This document shows, piece after piece, positions 1 to 8,128 of a stretch of DNA of 64,000 bases (within the stretch, counting starts at the first letter, position 1; every line of letters begins with the position of its first letter). The notes under the pieces are model-generated. The model ran no database searches, was not told where the DNA came from, and worked only from the letters and a program-made list of their open reading frames with translations. The stretch is from NCBI GenBank assembly GCA_043803815.1, contig JAZDJR010000018.1, positions 55,730 to 119,729 on the forward strand, given 5' to 3'. This DNA comes from Candidatus Micrarchaeota archaeon (lineage in GTDB: Archaea; Iainarchaeota; Iainarchaeia; Iainarchaeales; JAGVWC01). Made by a program: the position numbers and the translations under genes.

Positions 1-312
1 ACCGACCAGATGCTGTCCGAAATGAAGGAAAAAATGAGCGGTCAAGAACTCGAGCAAATCAAAAAACAAAACGACGAATTAAAGGAACTGCTCAAAACCG
101 AACCCAAAGATGCGGACAAAATCAAATCAAAGCTGGATGAATTAAACCAAGTCGTGCAAAAAGCGGCCACCGAAGTATACAAAAAAGCAGGGGCAAGCGG
201 CGGCAAGGGAGCGGGCGGTTCGAGTTCCGGTGCGAACCAATCCGGTTCGCGTTCGGATAATAAACCAGATGACGATAACGTGGTAGACGCGGATTATAAG
301 GTGGAAAAATAG
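1..312 (+). CDS. dnaK: Chaperone DnaK (Hsp70), C-terminal part; gene begins upstream of the window
   Basis: Helical lid followed by a Gly/Ser-rich tail ending VVDADYKVEK; dnaJ lies downstream. Confidence 0.9.
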   Translation, partial: TDQMLSEMKEKMSGQELEQIKKQNDELKELLKTEPKDADKIKSKLDELNQVVQKAATEVYKKAGASGGKGAGGSSSGANQSGSRSDNKPDDDNVVDADYKVEK

Positions 313-352
313 CGTCGCAAGCGTTAAATCCAAGTAATTTCGTATTAAATTT

Positions 353-1033
353 ATGCCGCCAAAATCTGCTACGCACGTTTGGAAGTCAGTTGCTGACGTG
401 AAACGGGTTTGGTTTGTTCGCAAACAGGGCAAAGAAGTTACGTTAAATCAAGGCGGAGAAGCCCGAATCATTTTGGGAAGGGTGCTGTTTAAAGACGGCA
501 AAAGGCACCCTATCGCCATTAAATATTTTCACACCCCGATAAAAGATTCGGTCGCAGAAAGGTATACTGAGGTTATAGAAAAATTGCGCGCGGCCAAGGT
601 GCGAACGGCAAAAATGGCAATGATGAAAATTCCAACCGAACGCTCGCCCAATGGCGAGTGGGTTCAAATATCCGAAGCGTTCGGTTCTAATTTTAATAAA
701 ATAAAACTAAATCCCGCATTATGGGGCGATCTTCAAACTATTCAACAAAAAACAGCCGCCATGACAGAACTGTGTAAGATAGCAAAAGCCGGATTGTATC
801 CCGCAATCGATGCGATTGAAGGAATCCAAGGTAAAAACGAAGCAATAGTTGTCGATATAGGGAGTTTAATTAAATTGCGAACACCCGCAAGATGCGCTCA
901 AGGGCTGTTTTTTGCGATTTCAATGATGACCGCAGACATTCACGAGCGCAGCCAATTAATTCAATATGTAAGCCAGTCCATTAGAACTAATCCGGAATTA
1001 TTTGAACCATGGAAAACATTAATAGCAAAATAG
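353..1033 (+). CDS. Orphan protein with degenerate protein-kinase-like fold, inserted between dnaK and dnaJ
   Basis: LNQGGEARI (Gly-loop-like), IAIKYF (VAIK-like), EVIEKLRAAKVRT (resembles Bud32 EVNLLHKAKAAGVRT), IVVDIG (DFG-like); no canonical HxD. Confidence 0.6.
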   Translation: MPPKSATHVWKSVADVKRVWFVRKQGKEVTLNQGGEARIILGRVLFKDGKRHPIAIKYFHTPIKDSVAERYTEVIEKLRAAKVRTAKMAMMKIPTERSPNGEWVQISEAFGSNFNKIKLNPALWGDLQTIQQKTAAMTELCKIAKAGLYPAIDAIEGIQGKNEAIVVDIGSLIKLRTPARCAQGLFFAISMMTADIHERSQLIQYVSQSIRTNPELFEPWKTLIAK

Positions 1034-1048
1034 TGAAGTGAATATCAC

Positions 1049-2200
1049 ATGTCTGAAAAACGCGATTATTACGACGTGCTGGGCCTTTCCAAGAGCGCTG
1101 GCGCGGATGACGTGAAGTCGGCGTATAAACGTTTGGCCAAAGAATATCATCCCGATGTTTCCAAAGACCCGAAAGCCAAGGAAAAGTTCCAGGAAGTTTT
1201 GGAAGCGTATTCGGTTTTAAGCGACGGCCAAAAACGGCAGAATTACGACCAGTTCGGACATGCGGCGGAAGGATTCTCGGGTTATTCAGGCGGCGGATTC
1301 GGGGGATTTGGCGGAGCGGGAATGGATTTTGATTTTTCGGAATTGTTTGAAAACTTCGGCGGCTTTGAAGGGTTCGGTTCTTTTGCGGATATTTTTGGCG
1401 GCCAAAGCCGGCGTTCCCGCGGTTCCGCGGCGGGAGAAAACCTGCGGGTGGACTTAATGATAAGTTTGCGCGACGCCGCTAGCGGCGCTTCAAAAGAAAT
1501 TGAAGTGCACAGAACCGAAAAATGCGAATCGTGCAGCGGAAGCGGTTCGGAACAAGGAAGTTCCCGCGAAACCTGTTCCACGTGCCGCGGGCACGGAGTG
1601 GTGCAAAACAGCCAGCGCACGCCGTTCGGGATTTTCAGCGTTCAAACCACCTGTCCCAAGTGCAAAGGACAAGGAACAGTCATCAAAAACCCGTGCAAGA
1701 TTTGCAAGGGAAAAGGAATTCAAAAAAATTCGCGCAAAATCGAGGTCCGGATTCCCGCGGGAATCGAAACCGGAATGCACCTGCGCTTGAACGAGGAAGG
1801 AAATGCAAGCTCAAGCGGCGGAAAAAACGGGGACTTGTTTGTGGTTGTTTTTGTGGAAACCGACGAAGTGTTCAAGCGCGACGGAGTGGACTTATTCGTC
1901 GAATCGGCGTTGTCGTTTGCGGAAGCCGCTTTGGGAACCAACCTGCGTGTCCCGACTTTGAACGGCCATGCGTCCGTAAAAATTCCGGCTGGAACGCAAA
2001 CCGGAACGATTTTTCGCTTAAAAGGCGAAGGCGTCAAGGACCTGAAAACCGGGCGCAAAGGCGACGAGTTTGTCAAAGTCATGGTCGTGACGCCGTCCAA
2101 ATTGTCCAAAGAAGAGCGGGAGCTGTTTGAAAAACTCGGCAAAAACGGGGTTGCCCAAAAACGCGAAGGGATTTTTGACAAGCTGAAAAAAGGGCTGTGA
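1049..2200 (+). CDS. dnaJ: Chaperone DnaJ
   Basis: J domain with HPD, G/F-rich region, four CxxCxGxG zinc repeats, C-terminal domain. Confidence 0.98.
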   Translation: MSEKRDYYDVLGLSKSAGADDVKSAYKRLAKEYHPDVSKDPKAKEKFQEVLEAYSVLSDGQKRQNYDQFGHAAEGFSGYSGGGFGGFGGAGMDFDFSELFENFGGFEGFGSFADIFGGQSRRSRGSAAGENLRVDLMISLRDAASGASKEIEVHRTEKCESCSGSGSEQGSSRETCSTCRGHGVVQNSQRTPFGIFSVQTTCPKCKGQGTVIKNPCKICKGKGIQKNSRKIEVRIPAGIETGMHLRLNEEGNASSSGGKNGDLFVVVFVETDEVFKRDGVDLFVESALSFAEAALGTNLRVPTLNGHASVKIPAGTQTGTIFRLKGEGVKDLKTGRKGDEFVKVMVVTPSKLSKEERELFEKLGKNGVAQKREGIFDKLKKGL

Positions 2201-2254
2201 TTTGGAATGAAATTTTTGTAAGCCGCCGAAAAATGTGCCAGTCGGTAAATCGAT

Positions 2255-2725
2255 TCAGTTTTTTTGCAGTTCGTCCAGTATGAACCGAATCAGGTCGGTT
2301 GTAATGTAAAGCGTGGAATGAGTTTTGAGTTTTTGGACATATTCAACGGTTTGTTTTTTTGAAAATATTTTTTTTTTGTATGCTTTGAGTAAAATTCCAA
2401 CGGTTCCGTGAGGCTCCAAATCGAATTGTTCGGCAGTAGTGCGCGCATCCAAGTCGTCCGTCAAAAAAAGCGGGATTTTTTCGGTTTTGGCGAGCGCGAT
2501 GCATTCGCTTTCCCCAAGGCCCAGTGCAAACTCGTTTTGAAGAATTTGCACCAAATCGGTTTCAAAACCGGATTTAATTTTTACAAAATTGGGAATCTGC
2601 CGAACTTCTTCTTGGACCGCGGGCGGGCTGACGCAATCAAAAATAGAAAGTGCGGCTACAGCCCCGATTTCGTTAAGGTGAATCAACGGCCCCGAGTCCA
2701 CGACGGCTTTTATCTTAGGCCCCAT
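2255..2725 (-). CDS. PIN-domain toxin (VapC/DUF3368-like)
   Basis: AVVDSGPLIHL, LGLGESECIALA, LTDDLDAR and GTVGIL motifs; overlaps the upstream RHH gene. Confidence 0.85.
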   Translation of the reverse strand: MGPKIKAVVDSGPLIHLNEIGAVAALSIFDCVSPPAVQEEVRQIPNFVKIKSGFETDLVQILQNEFALGLGESECIALAKTEKIPLFLTDDLDARTTAEQFDLEPHGTVGILLKAYKKKIFSKKQTVEYVQKLKTHSTLYITTDLIRFILDELQKN

Positions 2726-2895
2726 GCAACATCCTCTTTAATGGCCGCGGCCAGCCGTTCGGATTTCATTTTTCGAACCAGTTCGCGCACGCCGTCGCGG
2801 ATGACTTCGCTTCGGTTGGCATACCATCCGCTTTCAATCAACTCATCGATTTCTTGCACGAGTTTAGGCGTTATTTTAGCGGGAATCGTATCCAT
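2710..2895 (-). CDS. Ribbon-helix-helix antitoxin (CopG/Arc/MetJ family)
   Basis: 61 aa, IPAKITPKLVQEIDELIESGWYANRSEVIRDGVR; directly upstream of the PIN gene. Confidence 0.85.
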   Translation of the reverse strand: MDTIPAKITPKLVQEIDELIESGWYANRSEVIRDGVRELVRKMKSERLAAAIKEDVAWGLR

Positions 2896-2910
2896 CGGTT
2901 CACCTCATAA

Positions 2911-2936
2911 GTATCACCAGGGTAATACTATAAAAG
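2911..2936 (-). promoter_or_regulatory. Candidate TATA box and operator of the RHH-PIN pair
   Basis: Imperfect inverted repeat GTATCACC-AG-GGTAATAC (2911-2928) next to a minus-strand TTTTATA. Confidence 0.5.
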
Positions 2937-3051
2937 AATATCGAATGGCAACACTTCGGCAGGCCAAAACGCGGCAGCCTCTTTGACAAATTAAAAAAAG
3001 GGTTTAACCGAAAAAACCTTTAAATAAACGATTTTCCTTTGTTTTGCGGTT

Positions 3052-3606
3052 ATGAAAGCCGTTTTCGGTCTGGTTTTAGTGCTTATTTTATTGACGGCGG
3101 GCTGCGTCCAAAGCGGCGGTTTTTCGGGAAATTACCGGGAGTTCAAGGCCGCGTTGGAGCGCAACGGGACAAACGAAACCGTTTTATTGCCCCCTACTTT
3201 GGAACAACTGCGCGGCCTTCAAATCGAATTATTCGGATTGCAATCCGCGGTTGAACAGCAGGCAAGCGGACAGGACAAGGAAGCCTCTTTGGCTTTGCTT
3301 GATTTGGAAGGCGATTTGGTGAACATGCAGGAAAATTATTTTTTGGGAACCGAACAGACCCAGTTTGTCAATTACGCTTTTTTGTCATGCGACTCCAAAA
3401 GCAACATTAAGCGCGCCACGGCATTTTTTGACAAGGCCGGGCAGCGGGCGGATTTGGCGGCCAAAAAAAGCGGCGCATTTGCGATTAATTACAAAAATTT
3501 TGCGGACCAGACTCCGATTGATTTTTCCAATCTTTCGGCTTTGGTCAACCGGTCCAAAGCCCTGTTTTCAAACCTGAAAGGCCAGGCGCAAAAGTTTTGC
3601 CAGTAG
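3052..3606 (+). CDS. Putative lipoprotein, helical, unknown function
   Basis: Hydrophobic signal ending in lipobox-like LTAG-C. Confidence 0.7.
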   Translation: MKAVFGLVLVLILLTAGCVQSGGFSGNYREFKAALERNGTNETVLLPPTLEQLRGLQIELFGLQSAVEQQASGQDKEASLALLDLEGDLVNMQENYFLGTEQTQFVNYAFLSCDSKSNIKRATAFFDKAGQRADLAAKKSGAFAINYKNFADQTPIDFSNLSALVNRSKALFSNLKGQAQKFCQ

Positions 3607-3613
3607 GGAAAAA

Positions 3614-4237
3614 ATGAAAGACGAATTGCTTTTCTTTGGTGCGGAAGCCGAAATTCACCAAACTGTTTTTTTAGGCTTGCCGGCGGCTTACAAAAAGCGC
3701 ATTTTGAAAAATTACCGCGAAAAAAAACTGGACGACAAAATCCGGTTTCAGCGGATGCAAACCGAAGTGAATCTGCTGCATAAAGCCAAAGCCGCGGGGG
3801 TGCGAACCCCGGTTGTATATGGGGTTGACAAAAAAAACGCGGGTTTTTGGATGGAATTTTTGGCAGGAAAGCGGCTCAAAGACGAACTAAATAAAAAAAA
3901 GCCGAGATTAAGCGGCTTTGCGTTGTGTTCACGAGCCGGTGAAATGATTGCGTTTTTGCATCAGAAAGGCTTGGTTCATGGGGATTTGACCACCAGCAAT
4001 TTTATGGCAAGCCAAAACGAACTGGTTTTGTTCGATTTTGGATTGGGTTTTTTTTCGGAAAAAACCGAGGATTTGGCAACCGACCTTTTGAACCTAAAAA
4101 AAACGTTTGGCGCCACGCACCCCGACCGCGAAAAAGAGTGGGAAAAACTGCTGGATTCCTACCAAAAAAATTTTGTTTCGGGAAAAAAAGTCGTCGGACA
4201 ACTGGCCAAAATCGAAAGCCGCGGCCGCTATTACTGA
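3614..4237 (+). CDS. bud32: KEOPS kinase Bud32
   Basis: GAEA loop, K..Y R motif, GVRTP, HGDLTTSN, FDFGLG, DLLNLKK, C-terminal RGRY. Confidence 0.93.
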   Translation: MKDELLFFGAEAEIHQTVFLGLPAAYKKRILKNYREKKLDDKIRFQRMQTEVNLLHKAKAAGVRTPVVYGVDKKNAGFWMEFLAGKRLKDELNKKKPRLSGFALCSRAGEMIAFLHQKGLVHGDLTTSNFMASQNELVLFDFGLGFFSEKTEDLATDLLNLKKTFGATHPDREKEWEKLLDSYQKNFVSGKKVVGQLAKIESRGRYY

Positions 4238-4258
4238 TTTGTTCGGTTTTGGTTTTTT

Positions 4259-4612
4259 TTATTTCAGGCACAGCAGGTGTTCGGCTCCGGGCAGTACGAT
4301 GACGCCTTTGGTCGCGAAAAAACCCGCGAGTATGAGCATAAGAACCAGCCAGACCCAAAACGAAATCGCGATTTCTTTTTGTTTTTCCCCGAAATCCAAA
4401 TGGGCTTGTTTGCTGACCAGTAACCGGACTAGTAGGACTACGAGCGGAAATCCAAGCAATCCCAGATAGGCGACAAAAGGAAGCAAAAACAGCAGATTTT
4501 GGGGGCAAACGCGGCCGCTGGCGGCCAGCCACAGCCAATAGGCCGACAAAACAAGGGAGAACAAAATCGGAATTAAAAGCAAAATGCGCAGTTTTAGGGA
4601 ACCTTTGGCCAT
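4259..4612 (-). CDS. Small membrane protein (about 3 TM segments)
   Basis: Three hydrophobic stretches; ORF fills the gap between bud32 and rps15. Confidence 0.6.
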   Translation of the reverse strand: MAKGSLKLRILLLIPILFSLVLSAYWLWLAASGRVCPQNLLFLLPFVAYLGLLGFPLVVLLVRLLVSKQAHLDFGEKQKEIAISFWVWLVLMLILAGFFATKGVIVLPGAEHLLCLK

Positions 4613-4740
4613 GGAATCACGAGTTTAAGCAATCTATTTAAACCTTTTTAGGGAATAATAACTCATCGTTTTGTAAAACTGGCTGTTTTGCACCTATTAG
4701 GGCAAATCGGCAAAAAAACTGTTGATTCTTTTTTGAGGAA

Positions 4741-5247
4741 TTGGTTGTGAAAAAAGCGGAAAGCGTAAACGCGGCGGCGGCGGAAACTCCGGTAAGCCAA
4801 GCGGCTGAAAAGCCGGCCAAAAAAGCCAAAAGCCCGAAGTCCGCGAAAGCCGCTTCAAAAAATGCTTCCGAATTTTCGGCCAGCGAAGTCCATGAAATGG
4901 TTTTGGCTTTGGCCAATCAGGGGTATTCGGGTTCGCAAATCGGCGCCTTGCTTCGCGACCAGCATCATATTTTTAGCGTTCGGGAAATAACCCAAAAGCC
5001 GATTGCGCAGATTTTGTCGGAAAACAAGCTTATCGGTGATGTGCCAGAGGATTTATTGGCTTTAATCCGAAGAGTTATCCACTTGGATAAGCATTTGGCG
5101 GAAAACAAAAAGGATTTTTCGGCCAAGCGCGGTTCCCAATTGACGGTTTCCAAAATCCGGCGCCTTGTCAAGTATTACCACAAAACAAAGCAGCTACCCA
5201 AAGACTGGCATTATAGCATTGAAACTGCGCGCTTATTGGTGAAGTAA
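4741..5247 (+). CDS. rps15: 30S ribosomal protein uS15 (archaeal S15/S13e type)
   Basis: GYSGSQIGALLRDQH, VPEDLLALIRR, KDFSAKRGSQLTVSKIRRLVKYY, LPKDWHY. Confidence 0.95.
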   Translation: MVVKKAESVNAAAAETPVSQAAEKPAKKAKSPKSAKAASKNASEFSASEVHEMVLALANQGYSGSQIGALLRDQHHIFSVREITQKPIAQILSENKLIGDVPEDLLALIRRVIHLDKHLAENKKDFSAKRGSQLTVSKIRRLVKYYHKTKQLPKDWHYSIETARLLVK

Positions 5248-5257
5248 AGGTGAAATT

Positions 5258-5908
5258 ATGCCCGCAATGATTGAAGAAGCCGGTGTTTCCAAGGACGCCA
5301 AGGAAAAGAAAGGCAAAAAAATTGTCAAGCGAAAAACCGTCGACAAGTGGAAGAAAAAAAAATGGTTCACGCTGATTGCCCCCGATTTTTTTGACAAGCA
5401 AATTTTGGGCGAAACTCCGGCTGAAGAAGACGAAATGGTCCGAAACCGCGTTATCCGCTTAAGCGCCGCGGAAGTAACCAAGCAGCCCAAATTCGGCCAC
5501 GTGAGCCTGAGTTTTAAGGTGAACGGCGTTTCAGGCCAAAAAGCGCAGACGATTTTTGTCGGCCACGAGATGCAGGAAGGGTATATACGGCGTTTGGTCC
5601 GGCGGCGCTCGAGCAAAATTACGGTTGTTCAAACCGTCACCACCAAAACCGGCGAAAAGCTTCGCGTGAAAGCCGTTGCTTTTACGAACCGAAAAGCGAC
5701 CGGCCCGCAGGAAACCGAAATCCGAAAGCGAATGGAAAAAGAAATGGCGGATGCCGCCCAAAAAAAAGAGTTCGGACAGTTTGTGCAGGAACTTATTTTC
5801 GGCAACGCTTCCAGCGGCTTATTCAAGGTCATCAAGCCGATTATTCCGATTAAGCGCGTGGAAATTCAAAAGTCGCAGCTTATCGAAGAAAAAAACAAAG
5901 CGGGTTAA
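5258..5908 (+). CDS. rps3ae: 30S ribosomal protein eS1 (S3Ae)
   Basis: DKWKKKKWFTLIAPDFF, YIRRLVRRRSSKI, PIKRVEIQK; follows rps15. Confidence 0.95.
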   Translation: MPAMIEEAGVSKDAKEKKGKKIVKRKTVDKWKKKKWFTLIAPDFFDKQILGETPAEEDEMVRNRVIRLSAAEVTKQPKFGHVSLSFKVNGVSGQKAQTIFVGHEMQEGYIRRLVRRRSSKITVVQTVTTKTGEKLRVKAVAFTNRKATGPQETEIRKRMEKEMADAAQKKEFGQFVQELIFGNASSGLFKVIKPIIPIKRVEIQKSQLIEEKNKAG

Positions 5909-5919
5909 ACGGTTTTGGA

Positions 5920-6594
5920 ATGACCTCTATTTGGGAAGCCGGGCTTGTTCTTATTTTTTTGGTCCTGTTTTCGTACGCTTCGTACAAAAAACGCTGGCTG
6001 GACAACGAAGGCATTCTCATCGGCTGGATTTTGGGGCTGAGCATTTTTTTGCTTGGCGACTCGCCGGCCTTTGTAACGCTTTTGGTTTTTTTTGCTGTGG
6101 GCGAAGCCGCAACGCATTTTGTCAAAAGCCACAAAAAATGGCACCCCCAGCGCTCGACGGTTAATATTTTGGGAAACGCGTTGGCCGCAATTGTCGCCTT
6201 GCTTTTGCAGTCGCCGCTTGGTTTTTTTGCCGCGATTTCGGCGTCTTTGGCGGACACCATGTCCAGCGAAATCGGCTGCACGTCAAGTGAAAAGCCGGTT
6301 TTGATTACGACGTTTAAGCCGGTGGAAACCGGAGTTGACGGCGCGGTCAGCAAAAAAGGATTGCTTGCGGCGGTGCTGGGCTCTTTGGTCATTGCGGCCT
6401 GCGCTTTGGTTTTTGGCCAGTCTTGGGGCCATATTTTGATTATTATTTTTGCGGGAATTTTCGGAAGCCTGTTGGATAGTTTGCTTGGCGCTACTGTTCA
6501 AAAGCGCGGCTGGATGGATAACAACGAAGTCAATTTTTTTTCCAGCGCAATGTCCGCATTGATCGCGGTAATGGTTTTAGCCCCGATTTTGTAA
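5920..6594 (+). CDS. DUF92 (TMEM19/COG1836) membrane protein
   Basis: RSTVNILGN, LADTMSSEIG, GVDGAVSKKG, GSLLDSLLGATVQ, NNEVNF. Confidence 0.9.
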   Translation: MTSIWEAGLVLIFLVLFSYASYKKRWLDNEGILIGWILGLSIFLLGDSPAFVTLLVFFAVGEAATHFVKSHKKWHPQRSTVNILGNALAAIVALLLQSPLGFFAAISASLADTMSSEIGCTSSEKPVLITTFKPVETGVDGAVSKKGLLAAVLGSLVIAACALVFGQSWGHILIIIFAGIFGSLLDSLLGATVQKRGWMDNNEVNFFSSAMSALIAVMVLAPIL

Positions 6595-6642
6595 CCCGCT
6601 TGGATTAAATGCGTTTTTGTATAAACAGATAAAAGTGAAACC

Positions 6643-7152
6643 ATGAATTGGTGGCTGGCTGCAGTCGTATTGGTTTTGCCGATGTATTTTGCCAATTCCA
6701 GCGCCATGATTTTTGGCGGAAAAACCCCGCTGGATTTGGGGTATAACGCATGGGATGGCCGGCGCTTTTTTGGCAAGGGAAAGACTTTCAAGGGAACTTT
6801 TTTCGGCATTTTTTTCGGGACTTTGTCCGCCGTGATTATTTCGTATTTGTTTCCCGAGACTACGCTAGAAATGACCAAAAATTATGTCTTCCTCGGCTTT
6901 GCGGTTTCGGTCGGCGCAATCGTCGGCGACCTCGCGGGCAGTTTTGCCAAGCGCAGGATGGGCTTTGAAAGCGGCTCCGAAGTTTTGGGTCTTGACCAGC
7001 TCAATTTTTTGGTCGGTGGAATCGCCTTGGGCTGGATTTTTTTTGTTCCTTCCATTGAACAGCTTGTTTTTTTGGCCGTTTTGACCGTGCTGGTTCACCG
7101 TTTGGCCAACTGGATTGCGTTTAAAACCAAACTCAAAAAAGTGCCGTGGTAA
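6643..7152 (+). CDS. carS: CDP-archaeol synthase
   Basis: PMYFANSSA, PLDLG..WDGRRFFGKGKTFKG, GDLAGSFAKRRMG, LDQLNF. Confidence 0.92.
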   Translation: MNWWLAAVVLVLPMYFANSSAMIFGGKTPLDLGYNAWDGRRFFGKGKTFKGTFFGIFFGTLSAVIISYLFPETTLEMTKNYVFLGFAVSVGAIVGDLAGSFAKRRMGFESGSEVLGLDQLNFLVGGIALGWIFFVPSIEQLVFLAVLTVLVHRLANWIAFKTKLKKVPW

Positions 7153-7156
7153 AAAC

Positions 7157-7600
7157 ATGCGCCGCTGGCTAAGACAAAAATGGGGTTCGTTTTTGGCCAA
7201 TCACCGCCAAAAAAAGCAGGAACGTGCACAACCGGCGCGGTTTGTCCCGACCGAGCGGTTTAATTTTTTGTTCAGAGAAATCGAGCGGCTGCATCTTCGG
7301 CTTCCCGAAAACGGACAAAGTGTGCTTTACCGGTTAAACGATAACGACTTGTCGCAGATTATTGCGGTTTGTTTTCCGGATAGCCATCCGTAGCAGCTTT
7401 CAAAGCCGCTGACCCCTAAAATTTTGGAAAACCGGCAATGGATGCTGGATGGGGCCCTCAGTTTTTTTGAGCGGCAATTGCAGGGGGAAGCGCCTGTGCC
7501 CCTGAATAAACCGGGTGTGTCTTACAGCGACCCGCTGCATTCGTATGTGCTGGAGTTTGCCAAACGACAACGGGTTTTGAAAAAAATGTCATTCGACTAG
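7157..7600 (+). pseudogene. Orphan ORF interrupted by a single in-frame TAG at 7391-7393 (pseudogene, sequence error or readthrough)
   Basis: 78 codons, then TAG, then 68 more open in-frame codons (QLSKPLTPKILENRQWMLDGALSFFERQ...KMSFD) ending at TAG 7598-7600, where it overlaps the end of the convergent gene. Confidence 0.55.
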
Positions 7601-8089
7601 TTCGCTTGGATTGCGGACCTTGGCTATTTTTTTGGTTAAAAAATACCAGACCGCGAGGATTAACACCGCGGTTGAAATCCAACTCGCGGTATGAACAATG
7701 TCCGCGGTTGCGATTCCATAGTGTTTTCCCATCCACAAGACAACATACAGGCGAAGCAGGTTCAGCACAAACAATACGAACCCGCAGGCAATCCACAGCT
7801 TGAGCTTGGTTTTCAAATCGGGTTTTTTTACTGCAAAAATGACGGCGGCCAGTATTGCTGCGCTGGCAAGGCCCGTGCACTGGTTGTCGATTTGAAAAAC
7901 GCCGCTTGGAACAAGGATTTGGTTTTGGGCAAACGGCAGGTTAAGCAGGCCGGCTTCAAAGGATGCAAGCGAATCGTTCAGCCGGGAAAAATCCGCGATT
8001 ACAATCAGGAATTGAAGCAAAAAATAAACCAAAAAGAATTTGGCTAAAAAAAGCAGGAGTATTTTTTGTTTTTTGGAAAAAAATTGCAT
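7589..8089 (-). CDS. Archaeosortase/exosortase family protein
   Basis: Multi-TM protein with the Cys-Arg-His triad: NQCTGL, NLLRLY, DIVHT. Confidence 0.85.
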   Translation of the reverse strand: MQFFSKKQKILLLFLAKFFLVYFLLQFLIVIADFSRLNDSLASFEAGLLNLPFAQNQILVPSGVFQIDNQCTGLASAAILAAVIFAVKKPDLKTKLKLWIACGFVLFVLNLLRLYVVLWMGKHYGIATADIVHTASWISTAVLILAVWYFLTKKIAKVRNPSELVE

Positions 8090-8128
8090 TACACACTATT
8101 GAACCCAAATTATAAAATTCTTTGGGTT

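Noticed and set aside
2368-2377. 10-nt homopolymer in the PIN toxin as a phase-variation switch
   Set aside because: The frame is intact, and long A/T runs are common throughout this window
7391-7393. Genome-wide TAG reassignment
   Set aside because: TAG terminates clearly complete genes here (dnaK, cdc6, fttA), and conserved genes have no internal TAG
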